Positions 18,188 to 25,651 of a stretch of 64,000 nucleotides of DNA are shown one piece after another. Both the position numbers and the translations under genes were made by a program. How positions within the stretch are numbered: the first letter of the stretch is position 1; each line of letters starts with the position of its first letter. The notes below the pieces were generated by a model, which searched no databases, had not been told where the DNA came from, and worked only from the letters and a program-made list of their open reading frames with translations. Origin of the DNA: Bacteroidaceae bacterium (lineage in GTDB: Bacteria; Actinomycetota; Coriobacteriia; Coriobacteriales; CADBOM01); NCBI GenBank assembly GCA_963624975.1, contig CAVFRF010000046.1, positions 2,923 through 66,922 of the forward strand. The letters are read 5' to 3'.

Positions 18188-18862
18188 ATGGGCTTCATCG
18201 ATGCAATCACCGGGTTCTGGGACCTGTTCGTAGAGTCCCTCCCCATGCTTCTAAGCGGGCTGGGCCTCACGCTCGAGCTTGCTGCCGTATCACTCATAAT
18301 CGCCATGATTCTCGGGCTTTTCTCGTCTCTCATGGGAATGTCCAAGATCAAGGTGCTCAGGTGGATCTCGCAGATCTACGTCGCCATCATCCGTGGCACT
18401 CCGCTTCTGGTCCAGGCGTTCTTCATCTACTTCGGAATCACCGGCCTTCTGGGCATTCGCATGACGGCGTTCATGGCCGGCATCATAGCCCTGAGCCTCA
18501 ACGCCGGAGGCTATCTCTCCGAGATATTCCGCGGCGGCATCCAGGCCGTAGACCCCGGCCAGAGCGAGGCGGCGCGCAGCCTTGGCCTCTCCAAGGCGCA
18601 GACGCTGCGCAAGGTCGTGATTCCGCAGGCAGTGCGCATCTGCATCCCGTCTGTGGTCAACCAGTGGTGCATCACCATCAAGGACACGTCGATCATCTGC
18701 GTCATCGGCCTGGCGGAGCTTACCTGGGCCGGCCAGCAGATCATCGCCCGCACCTATCAGTCCTTCCAGGTCTGGCTCATGGTGGGCATCCTGTACTTCG
18801 TAATCATCTATGTTCTGACGGTGCTTTCGCGCATCCTGGAGAAGAAGGTGTCTCTTGGCTAA
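18188..18862 (+). CDS. Polar amino-acid ABC transporter permease
   Basis: 224 aa, His/Glu/Gln/Arg/opine-type permease with the EAA-like loop ([24 protein letters not shown]). Confidence 0.85.
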   Translation: MGFIDAITGFWDLFVESLPMLLSGLGLTLELAAVSLIIAMILGLFSSLMGMSKIKVLRWISQIYVAIIRGTPLLVQAFFIYFGITGLLGIRMTAFMAGIIALSLNAGGYLSEIFRGGIQAVDPGQSEAARSLGLSKAQTLRKVVIPQAVRICIPSVVNQWCITIKDTSIICVIGLAELTWAGQQIIARTYQSFQVWLMVGILYFVIIYVLTVLSRILEKKVSLG

Positions 18863-19583
18863 GATCGAGATTAGAGACCTGCACAAGTACTTCGACAAAA
18901 ACGAGGTTCTGCGCGGCATTTCAACCGATATCGAAGAGGGCGAGGTCGTGTGCCTCATCGGCCCCTCGGGTTCGGGCAAGTCCACGTTCCTGCGCTGCAT
19001 GAACTGCCTCGAGGAGCCTACCTCGGGCACCGTTACTGTAGACGGGCACGTGCTCACTGCCAAGCACAAGGACATCGACAAGTTCCGCGAAGACATCGGC
19101 ATGGTGTTCCAGCAGTTCAACCTGTTCCCCCATCTCACCGTGATGGAGAACATCACGCTGGCGCCGGTGATGCGCAAGAAGATGTCACAGCAGGAGGCGG
19201 TCGAGACCGGCCGCAGGCTTCTGGCCAGAGTCGGCCTCGCCGAGAAGGAGAACGCGTATCCGCGCAACCTCTCTGGCGGACAGAAGCAGCGCGTCGCCAT
19301 CGCACGCGCACTTGCCATGAAGCCCGACCTCATGCTATTCGACGAGCCCACGTCGGCGCTCGACCCCGAGATGGTGGGCGAGGTTCTCGACGTTATGAAG
19401 AAGCTCGCCCAAGAGGGCATGACCATGGTCGTGGTCACGCACGAGATGGGATTCGCGAAGTCGGTGGCCGACAGGGTCATGTTCATCGACGGCGGCGTGA
19501 TCGCCGAGGAGGGCACTCCCACCCAAGTGTTCGACAACCCGCAGAACCCCAGGACTCAGAGCTTCCTCAACAAGGTTCTGTAA
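18855..19583 (+). CDS. Polar amino-acid ABC transporter ATP-binding protein
   Basis: 242 aa with Walker A (GPSGSGKST), signature (LSGGQKQR) and Walker B ([12 protein letters not shown]). The TTG start overlaps the permease stop. Confidence 0.9.
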   Translation: MAKIEIRDLHKYFDKNEVLRGISTDIEEGEVVCLIGPSGSGKSTFLRCMNCLEEPTSGTVTVDGHVLTAKHKDIDKFREDIGMVFQQFNLFPHLTVMENITLAPVMRKKMSQQEAVETGRRLLARVGLAEKENAYPRNLSGGQKQRVAIARALAMKPDLMLFDEPTSALDPEMVGEVLDVMKKLAQEGMTMVVVTHEMGFAKSVADRVMFIDGGVIAEEGTPTQVFDNPQNPRTQSFLNKVL

Positions 19584-19639
19584 GGGCTCGCAGCGCAGGC
19601 TCGAGCCAGCGGGTTTCAGCCTGCGAAACATAGCACACA

Positions 19640-19684
19640 AAACTAAAGGACGCCGGTTGAACAACCAGCGTCCTTTAGTTTTGC
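19640..19684. terminator. Bidirectional hairpin between convergent ABC ATPase and TetR genes
   Basis: AAACTAAAGGACGC (19640-19653) pairs with GCGTCCTTTAGTTT (19668-19681), and there is inner GGTTG/CAACC pairing. Both flanks are T/A-rich. Confidence 0.55.
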
Positions 19685-19750
19685 CTTATAGTGCTGTCTG
19701 CCGCTTCGGAACCCCAGCTTGGACTCGCCCAAGAACGGGCAGGCAACTTC

Positions 19751-20401
19751 CTACTCCACGATCACGGGCTCGAAGTCCACGATATCGAGCTTGATCTTCG
19801 AAAGGGTCTCCACGGCCTTCTTGGCTCGCTCTGCAACCTCTTCGTTGGGCAGGTAGCCGAAGTACATCTCCAGGTAGAACGTGTAGTTCTGCTCGAACGA
19901 CTGCTTCTCGGGGTGGCGGCTGAAATACGCGTCCACGGCGGCCTCGATGCCCTTGTAGGCCACGAACAGGAAGTCGGCCTTGTCCCTGCCCACTCTGTCG
20001 GCAGCGGCGCGATATGCCGCATAGCTCGTGTCGAGGTACTTCGACTCGTCGTCGTTGGCAAGGTCGTCGAGCATGAACTCCATCACGAACCTGCGATAGG
20101 CCTCGTTGTCGTTGATGAGCTTCCTGTGAAGGCCCAGTCCCAAGAACGCCTTCTGCATATCGTCTTCGTCGGCGAACATCGTGAATGCCATCTCGGTGAG
20201 CTTCTTCATGAACTCGTCGTAGAGCATCGATGCGATGTTGCGCTTGTTTCCAAAGTGATGCGCGATGGTTCCGGGGTTGACCATGGCGGCCTTGTAGATC
20301 TCGGAATACGTGGTGTTCTTGTAGCCCTTCTCCATGAAAAGCTTCTTGCATGTGTCCACGATTATGCTTCGAGTCTCGACGCCGTTCGCGTAGTTGACCA
20401 T
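19751..20401 (-). CDS. TetR/AcrR-family transcriptional regulator
   Basis: 216 aa with an N-terminal TetR HTH (TRSIIVDTCKKLFMEKGYKNTTYSEIYKAAMVNPGTIAHHFGNK). Confidence 0.85.
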   Translation of the reverse strand: MVNYANGVETRSIIVDTCKKLFMEKGYKNTTYSEIYKAAMVNPGTIAHHFGNKRNIASMLYDEFMKKLTEMAFTMFADEDDMQKAFLGLGLHRKLINDNEAYRRFVMEFMLDDLANDDESKYLDTSYAAYRAAADRVGRDKADFLFVAYKGIEAAVDAYFSRHPEKQSFEQNYTFYLEMYFGYLPNEEVAERAKKAVETLSKIKLDIVDFEPVIVE

Positions 20402-20635
20402 CTCTTCTCCTGACTATGTATTAACGCAGCTGCCGGACCCAGTCCGGCTTGATAGCGAACCGCATGAACCCACGCGCATCCAACTCATGCGTTTCGCGTT
20501 CGCACACAGAGGTTATGCTAACTCAAATTTGAGCGCAAAGAAATTGAGCGTCTACAAGTACACTAAAAGCACACCGCAGACGGACACGGCATGGCAAAGC
20601 CCTCCAATAATCAACCGCTCGCCGCCGATGGTCCA

Positions 20636-21391
20636 CTAGGGAAGCTTCATAACCCAGTAGCTAAGGTTGGACTCGTCGTATCCCGCTGCCCTGATTACCT
20701 CCATCTTGTCCACATGTTCTGGGACCTTGACCTTGATATGCAGCCTCTCTGCGGGAATATCTTCCTTAATCGTGAGCTGCGACCCATGTGGCTGCCACGT
20801 AAAGCGGTGTTTTCCGGATTGCTTTTCGCGACCTTCGAGATTGTGGTTCTTGTTCCAGCTGAATTCGTATGCTTCCGGATCGTACCGCACGGTATCGGTT
20901 TCGAATATCAGAAACTCAGCGCAGTTCTCGCCTTTAACCAGCACGACCGTTCTCGCGACTTTGAAGAAGCTCCTTATCTCCGAAACCCTCTCGTTCCATA
21001 TGCTCAGAACCATCTTGCCTATGAGGTTAGGGTCGTCATCTGGTCCGACCGCGCCCTTTTCGAAGCTGAACACAGGCGAGCACCTACCGCTTATCAGCCT
21101 GACTTCCTTCTGCGCCCCAAGGTTGTTCTTACTCCCCTTCACGGTCTTGGCGCTCCAACAGCAGCTTCCAAGCTGAACATCATCAAGACCGATGTTGGAA
21201 GGCTTCCATTCTGCATCTATGCAACGCGCAAAGACCTGTTCCCACTCCTCGCCTTCGATCGTTACCGGATCCTTGGTCGCGTGCAGATAGATCATATCTT
21301 CGGTGAAACGCTTGATGAAGCTATGGGGAAACTGATTGATCGGATACGGAGCTGCAGCCTTACTGGCATGTCTGAGCCTAGGTTCTTTCAT
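20636..21391 (-). CDS. Putative type II restriction endonuclease (family not assignable)
   Basis: 251-aa ORF 14 bp downstream of, and co-oriented with, the C5-methyltransferase. It shares the lower GC of the island. No family motif was recognised with confidence, so the call rests on context. Confidence 0.55.
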   Translation of the reverse strand: MKEPRLRHASKAAAPYPINQFPHSFIKRFTEDMIYLHATKDPVTIEGEEWEQVFARCIDAEWKPSNIGLDDVQLGSCCWSAKTVKGSKNNLGAQKEVRLISGRCSPVFSFEKGAVGPDDDPNLIGKMVLSIWNERVSEIRSFFKVARTVVLVKGENCAEFLIFETDTVRYDPEAYEFSWNKNHNLEGREKQSGKHRFTWQPHGSQLTIKEDIPAERLHIKVKVPEHVDKMEVIRAAGYDESNLSYWVMKLP

Positions 21392-21405
21392 ATGGACTTC
21401 CTTTG

Positions 21406-22566
21406 TTACTCGGAGCGATAGTCAGGAGGGAATGCCAGTGGCACGAACCGGTCCAAAACAGCCTCCACCAGAGAAACCGGAACCGCATTCCCTGCCTGAT
21501 GACGCGTCTGGTAATCGGACACCACAATCTTGAATGAATCAGGAAAGCCCTGCAACCTCAACATCTCGCGAGGCGTGAGGCGCCGAACGCCATCGACCAG
21601 AAGATAGTTGTAGCTTGCGCCGGCTCGCAACGCACAGCTATATGGATACGAGGTGATGTTTCCCGACTTGTTCTCGTGCCAGATTGCCGGTTGGTATTTC
21701 GAAGTATGGGCAGCCTTTCGCTTTTGAATGATTCTGTCGGATGCGTAGTACTTCTGGTCGACATCCTTTTCCAGAATCTCGCTCAGGGAAACTCGTTCGT
21801 CCGAGGGTTCTGGCCATTCCATCCGCAACGGCCTTTTGGATCCGACCAAGATAATTCGCTCGCGCTTCTGGGGCAGACCGAAATCCAGTGCATTCAGAAT
21901 CTTGTAGTCAACGTAGTATCCAAGCTCCTCCCGAAGCGTGGTCAATATGACGTTGAGCGTCTTGCCCTTATCGTGCGTAGCAAGCTGCTTGACGTTTTCT
22001 AGAACAAACGCCTGCGGCTGCTTGGCTTTCAAAATGCGCGCGATGTCGAAGAACAGCGTCCCCCGCGTCTTATCTTCAAAGCCTTCCCTCTTGCCACAAA
22101 TAGAAAACGCTTGGCAAGGGAAGCCCCCGAAGAGCAGGTCGAAATCTGGAATGGCATTCTCGTCCACTTCCTTGATGTCGCCTGTTGGCATTTCTCCAAA
22201 ATTCGCCTCGTAGCTCTTCTGTGCATTCGCATCGATGTCGCAGCTAAAGACGCATTCTCCTTCTATCCCATATTTCTCGAAGACATCGTTGGCTGCGTAC
22301 CGAAAGCCGCCGATGCCGCAAAACAAATCGATATACTTGATTTTTCTGGGAAGCTGCCCATTCTCCAGAGGTTCGCCCGGAGTGAAGAAAAGCCTATCGA
22401 TGGGCATGTTGAGCGACGACGCTATATCTTCCGCCGTCTTGCACGAAGGAGTGCTCTTGCCATTCTCGATATCGGATAACGCACGGCGGCTGATATTCGA
22501 CATCGATGCCAGAGACTCTTGCGACAGCCCTTGCTCTTTGCGAACTTCTTGGAGAATATTGTGCAT
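21406..22566 (-). CDS. DNA (cytosine-5)-methyltransferase with N-terminal XRE-type HTH domain
   Basis: 386 aa. Residues 1-60 form an HTH (EQGLSQESLASMSNISRRALSDIENGKSTPS). The m5C motifs follow: I (DLFCGIGGF), IV (GGFPCQAFS), VI (ENV), VIII (QKRERI) and IX/X (RRLTPREMLRLQGFPDSF, GNAVPV). Confidence 0.9.
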   Translation of the reverse strand: MHNILQEVRKEQGLSQESLASMSNISRRALSDIENGKSTPSCKTAEDIASSLNMPIDRLFFTPGEPLENGQLPRKIKYIDLFCGIGGFRYAANDVFEKYGIEGECVFSCDIDANAQKSYEANFGEMPTGDIKEVDENAIPDFDLLFGGFPCQAFSICGKREGFEDKTRGTLFFDIARILKAKQPQAFVLENVKQLATHDKGKTLNVILTTLREELGYYVDYKILNALDFGLPQKRERIILVGSKRPLRMEWPEPSDERVSLSEILEKDVDQKYYASDRIIQKRKAAHTSKYQPAIWHENKSGNITSYPYSCALRAGASYNYLLVDGVRRLTPREMLRLQGFPDSFKIVVSDYQTRHQAGNAVPVSLVEAVLDRFVPLAFPPDYRSE

Positions 22567-22595
22567 GGATACAACCTCGTATATGAAGATAACTT

Positions 22596-22624
22596 CTCAT
22601 TTCACTCATTTCCGCTTAATTATA
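22596..22624 (-). promoter_or_regulatory. Candidate R-M promoter (-10 TATAAT) with adjacent direct repeat GAAATGAG x2
   Basis: The minus strand reads TATAAT (22624-22619), then GAAATGAGTGAAATGAG (22612-22596) around the expected transcription start, about 30 nt upstream of the methyltransferase ATG. Confidence 0.35.
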
Positions 22625-22659
22625 CAGTCCCATAAGAGCAATTAAAATCATGCATATGC

Positions 22660-22695
22660 AAAAAGGTCCGGGCGGCTCTTCTTGCCTCCCGGACC
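22660..22695 (-). terminator. Rho-independent terminator of the DtxR/MntR-family gene
   Basis: Minus-strand stem GGTCCGGG/CCCGGACC (22695-22688 and 22672-22665) with a 15-nt loop, followed by TTTTT. Confidence 0.6.
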
Positions 22696-22722
22696 CTCTA
22701 TGGGCTGCTTATCTGCTGAGCG

Positions 22723-23139
22723 CTACTTGATGCGGGCGGCCTCCACCACTTCGGGCACGCTGGTCTCCATGTAGCCTATCCAGCGATTGAGCGTGTCGTC
22801 GCTGATGGCGTGCTCCATCTTGCAAGCCTCTTCCTCGGCGGTCTTGGGGTCGACGCCCAGCACGTCCATGAGGAAGTGGAAGAGCAGCTTGTGGCGCTTG
22901 AACACCGATTTGCCGTAGTCGGCACCCTTTTTGGTGAGGAAGATGTCGCCGTAGGGCTCCTGCTCCACGTATCCATGCTCCCTGAGCACCGACACCGCCT
23001 TGTTGACGCTGGCCTTCGAAACGTCGAGCTTGGTCGCCAGATCCACGCTGCGCACCGGCACGTTCACGGCGCCTGCCAGCTCGTACACGGCTTCAAGGTA
23101 GTCTTCGTTGGCCTGCGTCATTCGCAGTTCTTCGCGCAT
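22723..23139 (-). CDS. DtxR/MntR-family metal-dependent transcriptional repressor
   Basis: 138 aa with the family opening EDYLEAVYEL, a winged HTH (LDVSKASVNKAVSVLREHGYV), and RHKLLFHFL plus a dimerisation helix as in MntR-size members. Confidence 0.8.
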   Translation of the reverse strand: MREELRMTQANEDYLEAVYELAGAVNVPVRSVDLATKLDVSKASVNKAVSVLREHGYVEQEPYGDIFLTKKGADYGKSVFKRHKLLFHFLMDVLGVDPKTAEEEACKMEHAISDDTLNRWIGYMETSVPEVVEAARIK

Positions 23140-23419
23140 AGCTTGTCTCCATCAGCTTTGTCGAAGCACCGATAAACCTGCAGCGCAGACCCCTTCGTTG
23201 CCCTGCCCGGTGCGTTGATTCCCATTGGTTACCTAATTTTATTACTCCAAAGCGGAGTTTATTTCGGCAAACTCTTTTACAAATCCGCTTGCCCGGATTA
23301 TTGGCGGCTATCCGGCAGCTCCGCAACGCATCGGAGGCTGCGAGTTCCGGAAACTCTCCGACTCGTTGAACCCCTTGCGGGCGCATGCCCGCGTCCGCCT
23401 TCCCCTTGCACGTGGGCTG

Positions 23420-23466
23420 GTGTAGATTGTCACTTGCAGATGCGTTTCGCGGGTGACAATCTACAC
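23420..23466. promoter_or_regulatory. Candidate BirA operator upstream of bioY
   Basis: Perfect 14-bp inverted repeat GTGTAGATTGTCAC (23420-23433) and GTGACAATCTACAC (23453-23466) with a 19-nt spacer, 57 bp upstream of the bioY ATG. An HTH-bearing BirA is encoded immediately downstream. Confidence 0.55.
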
Positions 23467-23522
23467 GCCTCCAGCATCAGCCAATTAACACGCCAACCAA
23501 TCTATCGAGAATCGAGGTTATC

Positions 23523-24089
23523 ATGACGGCCAATAGCATTGCCGCTCGTTCTTCGGCTGCAGCTTCCAAGAGTTCGCTTCGCACGAGCATCGCGCTCGTA
23601 GCTCTCTTCGTGGGGCTTCTCGCCATCTCTGCCTGGGTGAGGGTTCCCGTGGGACCCGTGCCCGTGACCTTGCAGACCCTCGTGGTGTTTCTAGCCGCAG
23701 TTGTGCTTGGCCCCAAGCGCGGTGCCATCGCCGTGGCCTCGTACATCGCTCTGGGATTCGCAGGCCTGCCGATGTTCTCCGGCTTCGTTGGAGGCAGCGC
23801 GGCGATTCTGGGCGCTACCGGCGGATACCTCGTTGGATTCATCCTGAGCGCGGTCGTGACGGGCGCAATCGTGCAGAAGTTCGGCAAGAGCGTCGCGGTG
23901 CTTGCCGTGGCGATGGTCGCTGGTCTCGCGATCTGCTATGCGTTCGGCACCGTGTGGTTCATGGCCATCTCGGGTGCCGAGGCAAGCTACGTGATGTCGG
24001 TCTGCGTGCTGCCGTTCGTGCTTCCCGATGCCATCAAGATCGCGCTCGCCATCTCGGCGGTCAAGCTCATCGGAGCCGTCAGGCACTAG
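23523..24089 (+). CDS. bioY: Biotin transporter BioY (ECF S-component)
   Basis: 188 aa with six TM segments and BioY signatures (VPVTLQTLVVFLAAVVLGPKRG, GGYLVGF). Confidence 0.85.
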   Translation: MTANSIAARSSAAASKSSLRTSIALVALFVGLLAISAWVRVPVGPVPVTLQTLVVFLAAVVLGPKRGAIAVASYIALGFAGLPMFSGFVGGSAAILGATGGYLVGFILSAVVTGAIVQKFGKSVAVLAVAMVAGLAICYAFGTVWFMAISGAEASYVMSVCVLPFVLPDAIKIALAISAVKLIGAVRH

Positions 24090-24182
24090 CAGGATCTTTG
24101 CTCGAGCAGAAGACGAGGGGCGGTTGCACAATAGCAGCCGCCCCTCTTTGTTTCTCGCAACTACATTGCAGCGGCGAACTCG

Positions 24183-25172
24183 CTAGAAACGAATCGAAAT
24201 CTCCCCTGCTCGCAGAACATGCTCGGTACCGTCGTCGTCCAGCACCTTGAGTCCACCGTCGTCTTCCACGGCGATCGCCTTGGCCACATGAGTGCCGCCG
24301 CCCATCTCGTACTCGATCTGCATGCCGATCACAAACGACAGCTCTCGATACTCGTCCACTACGCGCTTGCGAATCGCCTCGGCATCTCCAGCAGCCTCGG
24401 CCGGGTCGAACACGCCCGAGTCCAGCAGGTTCTCGATAATCGCAGCCAGCAGCTGGCTTCGCGTGCGTTCCGGCAGCAGCTCCACGAATCCGGCTCTGTC
24501 GGCGATGTCGTCGGGAAAATCCTGCTCCCCCACGTTCACGCCAATTCCGATTGCCACGTTGTGCATCGTGCGGCTCTCGAGGTCGGCTGTGCCCTCCGAC
24601 AAGATGCCGCAGACCTTGCGTCCATCCACGTAGATGTCGTTCACCCACTTCACGCGGGGCTGGCAACCGCAGTTTGCCTCGATGGCCCGCGAGGTGGCAA
24701 CAGCGGCGCACATGGTCATGGTGGCAGCGTCGGATGCAAGCTCGTTCCCGTTCACAAGCAGGGTAAAGTAGACTCCGCCCGAAGGTGAGAAGAAGCTGCG
24801 ACCACGCCTGCCTCGGCCACCTGTCTGATGTCTGGCTACTATCGCCGCGGTGCCGCGAAAGCCGTCTGCAATCATCCGCTTGGCTTCGTCTTGGGTGGAA
24901 TCCAGCTCGTCGAACACCGCAAGCTCGAGCTGCGGCCTCGGATGAGCAAAAGCCCTCGCAATCGCCAACGCGCTGATCGCGTCGCAACCTTCATCCAGCT
25001 TGTAGCCCCTGTTGGTGGTCGATCCGATCTTGCACCCCTCGGAACGCAGGGAGTTTATCGCCTTCCACACCGCGTTGCGCGACACGCCAAGCTCGTCGGC
25101 CATCGCCTGCCCCGACACGTGATCGCCGCTGTTGCGTTGCAGGATATCGAGAACCTGGTCTTTCACGCTCAT
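24183..25172 (-). CDS. birA: Bifunctional biotin-[acetyl-CoA-carboxylase] ligase / biotin operon repressor BirA
   Basis: N-terminal HTH (VSGQAMADELGVSRNAVWKAINSLRSEG), ligase motif GRGRRGRSF and KWVNDI. ATG 25172 is preferred because GGGAGGA lies 8 nt upstream. The track ORF starts at 25181. Confidence 0.9.
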   Translation of the reverse strand: MSVKDQVLDILQRNSGDHVSGQAMADELGVSRNAVWKAINSLRSEGCKIGSTTNRGYKLDEGCDAISALAIARAFAHPRPQLELAVFDELDSTQDEAKRMIADGFRGTAAIVARHQTGGRGRRGRSFFSPSGGVYFTLLVNGNELASDAATMTMCAAVATSRAIEANCGCQPRVKWVNDIYVDGRKVCGILSEGTADLESRTMHNVAIGIGVNVGEQDFPDDIADRAGFVELLPERTRSQLLAAIIENLLDSGVFDPAEAAGDAEAIRKRVVDEYRELSFVIGMQIEYEMGGGTHVAKAIAVEDDGGLKVLDDDGTEHVLRAGEISIRF

Positions 25173-25266
25173 CCGATGCATCCTCCCAAAATCCAGTCAA
25201 CCACCGTGCCTGCGGATTTTGCCCCAATATGAAAAAAGCCCGCTTGCGCAGGCTCTGAATTCTATT

Positions 25267-25342
25267 TGGTGGAGCTAAGGGGGATCGAACCCCTGACCTC
25301 ATGACTGCCAGTCATGCGCTCTCCCAGCTGAGCTATAGCCCC
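25267..25342 (-). tRNA. tRNA-Ala (anticodon GGC)
   Basis: Hand-folded cloverleaf: GGGGCTA acceptor with a G3:U70 pair, anticodon loop CTGGCAG, GGTTCGATCCC T-arm, encoded CCA. Confidence 0.9.
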
Positions 25343-25358
25343 AAATAGGTACTAGTGC

Positions 25359-25386
25359 AGTATAGCCGACGACCGCTTCTTTGCAA
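25359..25386 (-). promoter_or_regulatory. Candidate promoter of tRNA-Ala
   Basis: The minus strand reads TTGCAA (25386-25381), a 16-nt spacer and TATACT (25364-25359), about 17 nt upstream of the mature 5' end. Confidence 0.4.
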
Positions 25387-25651
25387 GGCAATTTCTCACT
25401 TCGAAGCCCAAATTTGCCATGAGCGGAAAGTTCGGCGGCAACCTTGCGCCAGCTTACGCGAAGCCTTGGCGGCACCTATTCGGACAGCACCTATTGCTCC
25501 TGCCAGCAAAGCCTTGCAACCACCTGAAAACGCCCTGAAGGCGTTCGTGGACTAATGCGGCCAAACGTCCGCAGATTGGCCTTTTAGCCGGTATCTTTGA
25601 ATGTCTAGGAACTAAAATGTTCCAGACATAACCTTCGACACGAGGATAACG

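Noticed and set aside
20402-20635. Palindromes CTCAAATTTGAG (20522-20533) and GCCGGACCCAGTCCGGC (20432-20448) as a TetR operator or as an island boundary repeat. I also searched for a vsr gene.
   Set aside because: They cannot be assigned to a regulator from sequence alone. No matching repeat occurs at the other island edge (22567-22722), and the gap is too short for a vsr-sized ORF.
23226-23236. DtxR/MntR-type operator upstream of the DtxR/MntR-family gene (minus strand TTAGGTAACCAA).
   Set aside because: Only a single half-site resembles the DtxR consensus TTAGGTTAGCCTAACCTAA. No convincing palindrome is present, so this is too weak to annotate.
25267-25342. tRNA-associated genomic island or integrase next to tRNA-Ala or tRNA-His (47720-47796).
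   Set aside because: The genes flanking both tRNAs are housekeeping (birA, the L,D-transpeptidase, an ABC transporter, DUF3467). There is no integrase and no duplicated tRNA 3' end. The R-M island is not adjacent to either tRNA.
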